Shown here: in pieces, positions 19,207-28,901 of the stretch
Layout of the letters: each line of letters begins with the position of its first letter
How positions within the stretch are numbered: the first letter of the stretch is position 1
From: a virus
Taxonomy: Duplodnaviria > Caudoviricetes
Virus record (IMG/VR): IMGVR_UViG_3300014208_000027
Span: 96,001-160,000 of that record
Strand: one strand, 5' to 3'
Length of the DNA stretch: 64,000 bases
The notes under the pieces: generated by a model
Database searches by the model: none
Seen by the model: only the letters and a program-made list of their open reading frames with translations
What the model was told of the DNA's origin: nothing
Made by a program: the position numbers and the translations under genes

Positions 19207-22200
19207 ATGCCCTTAGATATAAATTCGATTGTACCTCAAGTTGTCATAGACCGTATTGTTTTAGATACTTCGCACGCTATAGAGTCCAAAAATGATTCTT
19301 CCCTTACCGTTGCAGAAGCTAACTTTATCAATTCGCAAACAAACAAAGTTACTCGGGTGGGTAGACCTACAGATGTTTCTAAAAAGTCTAATGATTCCTT
19401 GCCATTTCTTGTAACAGTTAATTTTGTTATTAAGCAAAAAGTTGATGCAGGCCAATTAAGTGTATGGTTTGAAGAAGCATCTAATCAATCCTTTACAAAG
19501 TATTTTAAACTTCGTATATTAGCTTCAACAGATGAAGCATTGACAAACTTTATTCTTGAGTCTCCATCGTTTATAGATATTCGCAGTAGTTCTGTTGACT
19601 TTATGTCAAAAGATATAGAGTTGTCATCATATTTCACAGATAAATTACTTCTTGAAAGGTACATAGTAGAACTACCAGATGGTTCACGAGAGTATGATAT
19701 TCCAGTAGTTTTTCGAGTAAACTTTAAGTCTTCTACTATAAGACATTTATCATTATTTTCATCTTGTTATCTTGATGTAGCACAAATGTCAAAAGATTTT
19801 AATATGGCAATGGATTCTTCTATTCCATCTATTCAAGGAAAGGTGAATTCTGAGATTATCATTAGAGATTTTGATACAGTTGACGAGTCGTATTTATTCT
19901 TAGACGAGTTTGGTATGCCGTGGGAAGGCTTGGTAACGAAGAAAATTGACAAGGTAGAAATAAAAAAAGGTGATACGGTAGTAGATGTGGTTACTACTAC
20001 AAAATATGTAGCTGGTGACGGATCTGACACCACAAATGTGAAATATCTTACATTAAATCAAATTCCAAACCACAAGGTTCAAGATTTTAGAGTTAAAACC
20101 GAACTAGAAAAGAATATTTTAGATTTTTCTATCCTTGAAAATGAAATTAACCCTAAAATTCCTAACGTTTCTCCACAATCTTTAATTATTTCCTCTACTA
20201 TATCTCCCAAGAAAGCATATGTTTCTAACTTGTATCTTACAGGTGATAAATTAGGTCGTGCTCGTTACCTTTTTGGCATCAATGTGTTAGATTTTGCTAA
20301 AGAAAATGCTTTTTATGGTAAATTATTTAAAGATAATAACATAGAGTTGATGAATTTCATTAAAATCACTTCTATGAAAATAAAAAGAGTACGAGTTAGC
20401 CCTCATAAAGACGATATTAAAAATGAGTTTGGTTATGCACCTTTTAATTCAGACGATCCCTGTGATTTAATAGGAATTTCTAATGAAAAGGACCCTAACC
20501 AGTTTTCAGTAGGCAAGTTAAAAAATGGTACGCTTCGTGAAGTTGATTTAGATGTTGAAAATGGTATGAGGTTTTTTACAGGTGTTGATCATGACATGGG
20601 ATCGGTTACGTTTGGACTTTATCAATATGGAGTAGAAGTAGAATTTGAAGATATGACTTTAGATTTCCTAAAGGATAGAATAAATATTCTTCTCAACGCC
20701 TATGAAGGTTTAAAAGATTATAATTCCGATGGTTCTAAGATAAATAACTTTGATGCTAGCGTAGGACGATTCATTTTACCGTTTATTACGCAACAGGAAA
20801 ACTATTATAAGTCCAAACCAGAGTCTTCACCTTGGTCACGAGTTGTATCAGCTTATTTAGGTGTATTAGATTTGTTAGTAGATAAGTTAGATACAGAAAA
20901 ATATTCTAAAGCCTTGCTAACCTTCATTCACCCGAGAACTGGTTCATTAGACGGTATTTCTACGGTCCTGAAGCTCTGTGAAGACCTTTTAATGAAACTT
21001 GGGCAGGTGACTGACATATCTTCTACAGCGAGCCTTAGGAGCAAGATAAAGAGCACTGGTACGATTCCTAGTAGTACGATAAGAACTAGAGCTGAAGTAT
21101 TGGGTGGAGGTAGAAAACTAAGAATAGAAAAATACTTTGATTCTGTGTTTGACAGTGACCTACCTAAGAACACGGGTTATGATTATCTTTCTTCGGATGG
21201 TATAGAACAAGAGCCAAATGATGATGGCTTGTTAGTCGTTTCTAGTGTTAAGTTTGAGCAAAGAACTAACGAGGAAACAATAAAATATTTTAAAGCTGTT
21301 GATATTGATATCAACTTGAAGACCTCTACTAAACAATATACTGTAGATGATAAGATTTTAAATTCCAAGTATAGGTTTCTAACTCCTTCCTTTGTTGAGT
21401 TAAAAGGTGGAGAGAGTATATCTATGAAGAATCGGGGTACTGGCCTGTTAGGGAGTAAACAATATGAATCGTTTCTTTCTCAGGTTATGAATTTTAACTA
21501 TATGAAGAAGTCTCCTAGAATACCTGTTAGACAAAGTGCTCCTAATCAGGCTTCTAACTTGGTAGTTCAAGACCAGGTAACAAAAAATAATCTTGCCAAT
21601 GTAGCTTTTGCTGCTGGAATCATGTTAAACAATGAAGTTCCTGTAATTTCTATGAGTAGAGTTAAAGCTACTGATGTGGTTGGGTTATCTTCTAAATTTG
21701 CTGGTGAAAATATCGCCAAAGAACAATCTATGCCTGGTGGTACAAAAACAAATCCTGAACCAAATGCTACAGTTAATCCTAATGCAATATTTTTATCCTT
21801 ACTTATGCCAGAGATGGTTACAGGCGTTCATAAATTTAGTCCTACGGCTATTAAGCAAAATACTAATACTATCAACAATTTTAATCTGAATAGTAAAAAC
21901 AATGTTGTGGATAGATTGGCAAATGCTAAAATTAAAGATTTACCAAATCAGTTAAAATCTTTAATGGTATCAAGTGTTAATTCTGATGCTACAAGATTTA
22001 ATTTTATTGCCGAACAAAGTGATGTTGTTAAGAATCCTAAAAAATCTTTAGGGTTTAAGATGAATTATAATATGATCAATGAGGTGGAAGTTTTTAGTGG
22101 TTTTGTAGGTACTGAAAAAGATGATGAGGGAAACATTAGAAAACTTGTGAAGAATCCTGTATGGGTTAAATTAACTCCTGAAAAATTTACTGAGGCATCA

Positions 22201-22542
22201 AATAAAAATTTGTTCTGTAGAATGAGACGATATGAAAATAAAGATATGGGTGTCGAAATCCAAAATGGACTAGAACTTCCAACTTACAATGAATATTTTA
22301 TTTTAAGTCCTGAAGCACATTTAAACATCACAACGAAATTTCAAAGACCTGCTAACGCTAAGATCTTAGAAGTTCAAAACAAAGTTCAACAGGTAGAAAA
22401 AAATATATTTAATGCTGCCACAATGAACATGCAACATGCTAACTCATTGATTACAACAATTATAGCGAAGAAACCTATTCCAGAGTTAGAATCTAAAACG
22501 ATAAGTTCTAATGTTGCATCGAGAATAGTAGGAAGGAAATAA
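19207..22542 (+). CDS. Large hypothetical protein, probably virion/baseplate (1111 aa)
   Basis: Long beta-rich ORF in the structural cluster; CTAATTA at 19172 and an SD upstream. Confidence 0.55.
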   Translation: MPLDINSIVPQVVIDRIVLDTSHAIESKNDSSLTVAEANFINSQTNKVTRVGRPTDVSKKSNDSLPFLVTVNFVIKQKVDAGQLSVWFEEASNQSFTKYFKLRILASTDEALTNFILESPSFIDIRSSSVDFMSKDIELSSYFTDKLLLERYIVELPDGSREYDIPVVFRVNFKSSTIRHLSLFSSCYLDVAQMSKDFNMAMDSSIPSIQGKVNSEIIIRDFDTVDESYLFLDEFGMPWEGLVTKKIDKVEIKKGDTVVDVVTTTKYVAGDGSDTTNVKYLTLNQIPNHKVQDFRVKTELEKNILDFSILENEINPKIPNVSPQSLIISSTISPKKAYVSNLYLTGDKLGRARYLFGINVLDFAKENAFYGKLFKDNNIELMNFIKITSMKIKRVRVSPHKDDIKNEFGYAPFNSDDPCDLIGISNEKDPNQFSVGKLKNGTLREVDLDVENGMRFFTGVDHDMGSVTFGLYQYGVEVEFEDMTLDFLKDRINILLNAYEGLKDYNSDGSKINNFDASVGRFILPFITQQENYYKSKPESSPWSRVVSAYLGVLDLLVDKLDTEKYSKALLTFIHPRTGSLDGISTVLKLCEDLLMKLGQVTDISSTASLRSKIKSTGTIPSSTIRTRAEVLGGGRKLRIEKYFDSVFDSDLPKNTGYDYLSSDGIEQEPNDDGLLVVSSVKFEQRTNEETIKYFKAVDIDINLKTSTKQYTVDDKILNSKYRFLTPSFVELKGGESISMKNRGTGLLGSKQYESFLSQVMNFNYMKKSPRIPVRQSAPNQASNLVVQDQVTKNNLANVAFAAGIMLNNEVPVISMSRVKATDVVGLSSKFAGENIAKEQSMPGGTKTNPEPNATVNPNAIFLSLLMPEMVTGVHKFSPTAIKQNTNTINNFNLNSKNNVVDRLANAKIKDLPNQLKSLMVSSVNSDATRFNFIAEQSDVVKNPKKSLGFKMNYNMINEVEVFSGFVGTEKDDEGNIRKLVKNPVWVKLTPEKFTEASNKNLFCRMRRYENKDMGVEIQNGLELPTYNEYFILSPEAHLNITTKFQRPANAKILEVQNKVQQVEKNIFNAATMNMQHANSLITTIIAKKPIPELESKTISSNVASRIVGRK

Positions 22543-22545
22543 TTT

Positions 22546-25290
22546 ATGGCTACTTGTGAAAATAAAAAAGTTGACGGTAAATTAGAAGTAGCTAATCAAA
22601 AAAGTGACTACCTTGATAAATTAAAGTTTCAAGGTACTGCAAATTTAAATGAGGCTGTTCAGATTATACAGAATCAAACTGTAGCCGATCTTAAAGGTAA
22701 TCTTCTCCCTCAACAATATAATTCTTCTATCTCTGATAAAGCCTTTGCGCTTGGCAAAAGAATGATGGTATTAGATAAAAGTATCTATGGTCCATCTCTA
22801 CAAACTATTAAGAATCAAAAAGTGCTTTCGTCTGATACTCTGGACAATTTTAGGTTGAATAGCCTAAAGTATTGGACAATTGATGAGACTAGACAAAATA
22901 TAACTTATCTTAAAGAACCTGCTAAGCACCAAATAACCAGTTACAATTATTTTCATCGGTTAACTAAAGATAACAAGCCTAAAGATCCAAATGCAACTCA
23001 ACAATGGATAATAATCTCCCCTGATAGGGCAAAGTTTTTTGATGCTGTTGTTCCGAAGTCAGTTGCTTCTAAACTTCCCGCTGGCATTGCTGCCTATCAA
23101 AAGGCTAATTCTGGTGTGGTTGTAGTAGACGATAACGCATCTGCTATTTCTGCCAATTCTGTTAATGTGCCTCAAGGCATGGCAGTAGCATATAATCCTC
23201 AACTATGGAAATTATATGTTAATGGTGGAGTAAGTTCTGATGGATTTGTTTATCCTTCTCTATTAAAAACAAATGTAGAATATTTTGATCATGCCTTTGA
23301 GTTGAACGTACCATTTTTTCACGAAGAAATAAATGAATCCGCTCTTTTCGTCAAACCTTTGATATATGATGTTAATTTTGATTATAACTTTTTTGTGAAG
23401 GAATATGAAAAAAACATTGTTACTGTATCTGAACGTGACCTACCAAATTTTTATATTTTAGAATCCGAAATGGAACTAGAAGGCTCTAATCCTGAATATG
23501 CAAAAATGATTACTCTAGGCGGTGTAATGAATATTAAAGACGTTACATTATCTCAACCTAAAGAAGGTACAAACGCTAGGGGTAATAGTAAAAATTTCTT
23601 TGCTAGTTATGGTTTAAATGTCAAAACGGCTAGACAAGCCCAACAAGAGAAAAATGCTGTTCATGAGGGTTTGCAATATGTGAACGATAAACATTTTAAT
23701 CTGATTGTTCCTTTTGATAACATTCAAATTTTAAACAAATTTTATGGTCAAAAGAACATGTTCCCAATGTCTGTAGATTTAAGCTTTTCTACTGATAGAA
23801 CAACTTCTATATCAACTATCTTAAATGACTGTCGGTTAGATAAGACGTTTATAAAAGATGTAATTTTTGGTACGCATGAAAAATTTCAAGATTTCGTAGA
23901 AGATCTAGAGACTACCGTACAAACTAAAAATGATCAAGGTGGTTCAACATTAAATAAAGGTTCTAATGCAAGTTTTAATTCAAGAAGAACGTGGAACATT
24001 ACTGATTGGCTAATTGATGTTAGTAAGCGATTAGATGTTCCTGTCCTAACTAACGGAACAATTTTATTTAACCAAACTTCTACCGCTCAAGATAATGTTA
24101 CTGGAATCATGCGCAACCTGCTTCAAATGATTTTCACTGGCAAACTAAAAAAACTTATTAAAGACAAGTCTAGAACCTATGAAGATGTATTAAATGGTAA
24201 GTTAGCATATTCAGAAACTATGATGTATAGGATAGAAAAAAGATTAGCTGATGAACAAGGTAATCCAGTCGGAGACCCTATTCAAAATTACTACGTGGCT
24301 AATTCAAATCTAATAGATACGCTTAAGTTAATTGATATTCAGGTAAAATATAATACACGATACAGATATGATGTATTTGCTTTCCAATTAGTCATAGGCA
24401 ACAAATATAAATATAATAACATAGGTCTAGATGATAACAATGCTGTAATAGAAGTTGAATCTTCACCATCTGTACTTGTTGTAGAAGTACCCTACTTTAG
24501 TCATGCTAACATAATTTTAGACGATCCACCTGTTAGACCCGATGTGGACATTGTATCTTATAAAGATATTGATAATGAATTACTTTTACGCTTTAATGGT
24601 AACGTAGGTCAATACTATGAAATGCCTATTATTATTGATGTTGAAGACAGAAGAAAGGTAGAAGAGTATAGGCAAATAAAAAAGATTGCCTCTGATAAGC
24701 CATTTAGGTTTAGTTCTGACGATCATGCAAGTATATTTCAAATTTATAGAACCGAAGAAGAACCAAAAGATTACTCTAGTTTTGCCGGTAAATTAAGAAT
24801 AGCCGTACAAACTGACGTATCTCCTTTAACGGCTCAATCGGCTACTTCTGCGGCATATAAAGATAAAATAAAGCCTAATAGAAAGTATTGGTATACGTTT
24901 AGATCGGTAGATAATCATGGGCACTTATCGCAACCAAGTAATGTATTTCAAGTAGAAATGGTTAATAATCATGGCACAGTTTATCCAATTATAGAAGACT
25001 ACGAATTTAAGAAGGTACAAAATAAAAAAGTTAGCAAACCAATGAGAAGATATGTTTATATTGCTCCTACCATGATACAAAGTTTGATAGATGAAGAAAA
25101 AAGTAATATGATTGGCATAGAAAGTGCAAAAGATATAGACGTAAGCAAGGTTACATTAGGACTAGAAGATCAAGGTGTGTGGAATAAAAGATATAAGATT
25201 AGAATAACAAGTAAAAAGACTGGTAAAAAAATAGATATTAATGTCATGCCAACATATAAAGGCGTAAGGAAAGAAAAAAAAGAAGATTAA
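22546..25290 (+). CDS. Large hypothetical protein, probably virion (914 aa; Ig/FN3-like C-terminal half)
   Basis: C-terminal beta modules (DxxVKYNxxYxY; YxDKIKPNRKYWYTFR). Confidence 0.55.
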   Translation: MATCENKKVDGKLEVANQKSDYLDKLKFQGTANLNEAVQIIQNQTVADLKGNLLPQQYNSSISDKAFALGKRMMVLDKSIYGPSLQTIKNQKVLSSDTLDNFRLNSLKYWTIDETRQNITYLKEPAKHQITSYNYFHRLTKDNKPKDPNATQQWIIISPDRAKFFDAVVPKSVASKLPAGIAAYQKANSGVVVVDDNASAISANSVNVPQGMAVAYNPQLWKLYVNGGVSSDGFVYPSLLKTNVEYFDHAFELNVPFFHEEINESALFVKPLIYDVNFDYNFFVKEYEKNIVTVSERDLPNFYILESEMELEGSNPEYAKMITLGGVMNIKDVTLSQPKEGTNARGNSKNFFASYGLNVKTARQAQQEKNAVHEGLQYVNDKHFNLIVPFDNIQILNKFYGQKNMFPMSVDLSFSTDRTTSISTILNDCRLDKTFIKDVIFGTHEKFQDFVEDLETTVQTKNDQGGSTLNKGSNASFNSRRTWNITDWLIDVSKRLDVPVLTNGTILFNQTSTAQDNVTGIMRNLLQMIFTGKLKKLIKDKSRTYEDVLNGKLAYSETMMYRIEKRLADEQGNPVGDPIQNYYVANSNLIDTLKLIDIQVKYNTRYRYDVFAFQLVIGNKYKYNNIGLDDNNAVIEVESSPSVLVVEVPYFSHANIILDDPPVRPDVDIVSYKDIDNELLLRFNGNVGQYYEMPIIIDVEDRRKVEEYRQIKKIASDKPFRFSSDDHASIFQIYRTEEEPKDYSSFAGKLRIAVQTDVSPLTAQSATSAAYKDKIKPNRKYWYTFRSVDNHGHLSQPSNVFQVEMVNNHGTVYPIIEDYEFKKVQNKKVSKPMRRYVYIAPTMIQSLIDEEKSNMIGIESAKDIDVSKVTLGLEDQGVWNKRYKIRITSKKTGKKIDINVMPTYKGVRKEKKED

Positions 25291-25454
25291 ATATGATTTA
25301 AAGATAGAGGGTGGATGAAGGCGATTTCCTGATTTGTAAAGCTAAATATTAGGATTAGTGGGCCACGACTAGGTAGAACAATTCCAATTTCATTGTAAAA
25401 ATAATGTGAAGGATTAACATTTTTAACTAAATCACCAACTTCAAATTTAGTCAT
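25287..25454 (-). CDS. Small SH3/KOW-like protein (55 aa)
   Basis: Manual translation MTKFEVGDLVKNVNPSHYFYNEIGIVL... Confidence 0.6.
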   Translation of the reverse strand: MTKFEVGDLVKNVNPSHYFYNEIGIVLPSRGPLILIFSFTNQEIAFIHPLSLNHI

Positions 25455-25489
25455 AACATTTTCCAAGGCATAAAAAAAATAACAAATAG

Positions 25490-25561
25490 TCCGCCATCAA
25501 GGTTATGCTCCTTGTACTATCGCTTATAAGGCGATTGCTTTACTGATTAAGCTAATGGCGA
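25490..25561 (-). tRNA. Non-canonical tRNA(-like) gene, anticodon UAU (Ile, AUA)
   Basis: 72-nt cloverleaf: acceptor TCGCCAT/ATGGCGG, D stem GCTT/AAGC, anticodon stem ATCGC/GCGAT with loop CTTATAA, T stem CAAGG/CCTTG, discriminator A. T loop AGCATAA; D loop lacks GG. Confidence 0.75.
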
Positions 25562-25575
25562 ATATTAAATTTTAG

Positions 25576-25648
25576 TAGCTCCTATCGGATTCGAACCGAT
25601 ACTTGACAGATTTTGAGTCTGTTGCCTCGACCGTTGGGCTAAGGAGCC
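25576..25648 (-). tRNA. trnL: tRNA-Leu(CAA) with a short variable region, CCA not encoded
   Basis: GGCTCCT...AGGAGCT-A; anticodon arm ACAGA-CTCAAAA-TCTGT; T arm ATCGG-TTCGAAT-CCGAT. Confidence 0.9.
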
Positions 25649-25660
25649 ATTCATAGAATA

Positions 25661-25688
25661 ACATTAGCATGGTTTGAACAGTTGTCAA
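25661..25688 (-). promoter_or_regulatory. Sigma70-type promoter for the tRNA pair
   Basis: TTGACA-16-(TGc)TAATGT, 12 nt upstream of tRNA-Leu. Confidence 0.65.
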
Positions 25689-25775
25689 GTGATAAGAATT
25701 TTCACAGGCATAAAAAAATAATCTCTTGCCTAATTATCATGTAACTGATACTATACAATAGGAGTATTAAAATAC

Positions 25776-26687
25776 ATGGCATTTTTAGATAACTCAGGTG
25801 ACGTGATTTTGGATACAGTTATAACCGACCTTGGAAGAATGAGACTTGCTCAAGGTAATTTCAAAATTACTAAGTTTAGCCTGGGGGATGAAGAAATAAA
25901 TTATGCGCTATACAATAGTTCCCATAGTTCAGGAAGCGCGTACTACGATCTGCAAATAATGCAAACACCTATACTTGAGGCGTTTACAAATAATGCCTCC
26001 ACTATGAATTCTCATTTAATCACAATACCTAGAAACAATTTACTACACTTGCCTGTGATGAAGATTAATACTATAGTAGCTCCTTTAAACACAAATGGGG
26101 CTTATTATCTTGCTGTAGATAGTGCGACACAAGCAGCTTTTGCAGCAAGTAATGTCACACAAGGTATAATCAATGGTGAAACTCTAGGCGGCGGAAATAA
26201 ATTTATTAGAGTTGATCAAGGAATTGACTCATCTGAAGTAAGTTTTGCAATACCACTAGAGAATGACCTTGTGGAAGTAAGTTATGTTGTGGAAATCGAC
26301 AATAGGATGGGAAAATTAGTTTCGGTTGAGGGTGCTCCAGCAAAAGTTAGTTATATCGATGATGATCAGATTGCTTCATATTATTTTTCCAGTGGCACTG
26401 ACGCTAACTATGTTAAAGATGTTGGTAATCAAACTAACAATACAAATCAAGTAATAGCTGGACCAAGAGGAACATATTTACAATTTAGTATTCAATCAAG
26501 TCTAGATTTGAACACTTCAAATTTTCTATTTCAACAATTGGGAACCACTGGAGTAGCTGGGAATAATGCACAATTTGGCATTGCTGCAACGTATCTAGTT
26601 GATTTTATTGACAGCTATATCAAGATCACCGGAGCTACAACGGGAAATACTTTATTCGTACCTTGGCGTGCAGTTAAGGTGCAATAA
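25776..26687 (+). CDS. Virion/baseplate protein (N-terminus resembles tail-collar fibre DUF3751)
   Basis: ITDLGRMRLAQGNFKITKFSLGD resembles LTxxGxxKLA...ITxMAxGD; SD AGGAG. Confidence 0.6.
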   Translation: MAFLDNSGDVILDTVITDLGRMRLAQGNFKITKFSLGDEEINYALYNSSHSSGSAYYDLQIMQTPILEAFTNNASTMNSHLITIPRNNLLHLPVMKINTIVAPLNTNGAYYLAVDSATQAAFAASNVTQGIINGETLGGGNKFIRVDQGIDSSEVSFAIPLENDLVEVSYVVEIDNRMGKLVSVEGAPAKVSYIDDDQIASYYFSSGTDANYVKDVGNQTNNTNQVIAGPRGTYLQFSIQSSLDLNTSNFLFQQLGTTGVAGNNAQFGIAATYLVDFIDSYIKITGATTGNTLFVPWRAVKVQ

Positions 26688-27805
26688 TGAATGAATTAAA
26701 TACATCTGGTATTTATAAAATTGTGAATAGGGTGAATGGAAAAATATATGTTGGGAGTGCTGTATGTATTAAAAAGAGATGGAGGCAGCATAAAACATTG
26801 CTTAAACAAGGAATCCATCATAATTTATTTTTACAACGCTCTTGGAATAGAGATAAGGAGGAATCTTTTGTATTTTCTGTTTTAGAGAAAACGAAAAGAG
26901 AATTTCTTCTGGAAAGAGAACAATATTGGATGGATGCTTTCCAAAGTTATAACCAAGTTTTTGGTTATAATATAGCCAAAGTAGCTGGAAGTAGTTTGGG
27001 TATTAAAAGAAGTGAGGATTACAAAAAAAGATCCTCTGCTGCGAGAAGTGGTGAATTAAGTGCGATGAGTAAGATGACATGGGACAGTGTTTTTGAAATA
27101 AGAAAGCTTTATAAAGATGGATTAAACTTATCAGAAATAGGTAGAATGTTCAATGTTACATCTGGCTGTATTAGACCAATTATAAAAAACAAATCTTGGA
27201 AAGATGAAAATTATACTTATATCAAAATAGAGCCAAAACATAAAAAGACAAATAGCAAATTCCTAATTGATGATGTTAAAAAGATGAGAAGTGAATATGA
27301 AAGTGGAGAAAAATCTCTTTTAGAACTTTCAGAAATATACAATACTAATTTTACAACAATACATTCAATAGTTTCTTATAGAAATTGGAATTTTGAAGGA
27401 AAAGAGATATATAAGAAGCCAAGAAACAAAAAAAAATATCGTAAAGGCGCTGATAATACGTCTTCATTTTTGACCGAACAACAAGTTTGTGAGATGAGAA
27501 AAAAGTATGAAAACGAAGATGTAACAATAGTAGAAATAGCCAAACAATATGAGATAAATCCAAGTACCGCTCAGGGGATTTTGTCATATAAGACATGGAA
27601 TGCTGAGGGAAAAAACCGTTTTTATAAACCTCGGCAAAAAAGTTGTGATTCTCCTTCTGCAAAGTTGATTAAAGAACAGATAAAAGAGATAAAAAACTTT
27701 CTATGTACGAGAGAAAAGAGTAGAAAAGAAATTTCGGAAATATACAATATTGATTTATCAACAATTTCAAGAATAGCAACTAATAAAATACATAAGGATA
27801 TATAA
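26687..27805 (+). CDS. GIY-YIG homing endonuclease with four tandem C-terminal HTH-like repeats
   Basis: SGIYKIVN..KIYVGSA..KRWRQH...ERE..YN; four ~45-aa repeats of the type LTxxQVxEIRxxY...xxEIAxxYxIxxSTIxxIxxxKxW. Confidence 0.88.
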   Translation: MNELNTSGIYKIVNRVNGKIYVGSAVCIKKRWRQHKTLLKQGIHHNLFLQRSWNRDKEESFVFSVLEKTKREFLLEREQYWMDAFQSYNQVFGYNIAKVAGSSLGIKRSEDYKKRSSAARSGELSAMSKMTWDSVFEIRKLYKDGLNLSEIGRMFNVTSGCIRPIIKNKSWKDENYTYIKIEPKHKKTNSKFLIDDVKKMRSEYESGEKSLLELSEIYNTNFTTIHSIVSYRNWNFEGKEIYKKPRNKKKYRKGADNTSSFLTEQQVCEMRKKYENEDVTIVEIAKQYEINPSTAQGILSYKTWNAEGKNRFYKPRQKSCDSPSAKLIKEQIKEIKNFLCTREKSRKEISEIYNIDLSTISRIATNKIHKDI

Positions 27806-27808
27806 ATC

Positions 27809-28885
27809 ATGGCATCCGTGTTTAAATCTTTTTTAAGTTCAGACTTGGTCACATCAAAAACAATTTTAAGTGAGCAAATTCCAATCAGCGGCAGTTTATG
27901 TAGCGCATCTTACGGAACTTACCCTAATGAAACGAATGTCAAAAACTATACGCACTCTTTCTTTCAGAAAATTTTTGACTATCCTTATTTGTCATCATCC
28001 GCCAATTCATTATTTGACATTTCTGTAGGATATTCAAATACTTCTGCTCTTTCTAACTCTTCAAATGTTCAAAATGACAAAAAAATTGCTTTATATTCTC
28101 AAATGGCTCAACAGTTATATGGTTTTGACCAAAATGGAAATGTGAATTTATTTGATCAAGATGGAAATATAATTTTAAATGGTACTAAAATCCAAGAATG
28201 TTACTTCATCAATTTTGCAAGACTTTTAACCAAGGATGAAATTAAAAAAGGTTCCTTTAGTATTGAACTTGGTAATCAAGCTTATGCTACCGCTAATAAT
28301 ACTCGTATTGTGATTTCAGATGCAGGTGCCGAGAATGACTTCAAAGTTAATTCACCCGTGGGAGAATATTCTATACTTTCAGCCTCTTCAGGTCAGACAG
28401 CAGGTTCTACTAATGGTTTAGCAGGTTTGTTGTTCTACCAAGCGGGTGTTGCCGTCCTTACAGCTTCTATTTTTGCTTCTCAGCCTACAGGTATGATTGC
28501 TTCCGATGTTGTTATGAGTGCTCCAGATGTTTCAGGAGGCGGCACGGCTATAGCAATGTTGACAGGTTCTTCAATTACGGGAAGCGCCGATGCTTTACGT
28601 CACCGCATTTATAACATTTCTTTTAATAACACTACAGAACTTAATTCTACAATTTATTTTTGTCGTGTAGATCCAGGTGATTTTAATTATTCTTCTAATC
28701 CTTCATATGTATCAGGTTCTAAAATTAGGGTTAAACAGAATTCTACAGATCAGCCCCAAACTTATATTACTACAGTTGGTCTTTATTCTAGTAATAACGA
28801 GTTGTTAGGTGTTGCAAAATTGTCAGAGCCATTAAAAAAAGATCCCTCTACAAGTTTGACACTTCGCGTCAGAACGGATTGGTGA
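27809..28885 (+). CDS. Virion/baseplate protein (C-terminus resembles the DUF3751 C-half)
   Basis: YITTVGLYSSNNELLGVAKLSEPLKK; paralogous C-terminus in 38610. Confidence 0.6.
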   Translation: MASVFKSFLSSDLVTSKTILSEQIPISGSLCSASYGTYPNETNVKNYTHSFFQKIFDYPYLSSSANSLFDISVGYSNTSALSNSSNVQNDKKIALYSQMAQQLYGFDQNGNVNLFDQDGNIILNGTKIQECYFINFARLLTKDEIKKGSFSIELGNQAYATANNTRIVISDAGAENDFKVNSPVGEYSILSASSGQTAGSTNGLAGLLFYQAGVAVLTASIFASQPTGMIASDVVMSAPDVSGGGTAIAMLTGSSITGSADALRHRIYNISFNNTTELNSTIYFCRVDPGDFNYSSNPSYVSGSKIRVKQNSTDQPQTYITTVGLYSSNNELLGVAKLSEPLKKDPSTSLTLRVRTDW

Positions 28886-28901
28886 TTCTCAACAATTTCA
28901 A

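Noticed and set aside
19207-25290. Major capsid, tail sheath or tape measure assignments for the large ORFs
   Set aside because: No gp23, gp18 or tape-measure motifs recognised; left as probable virion proteins.
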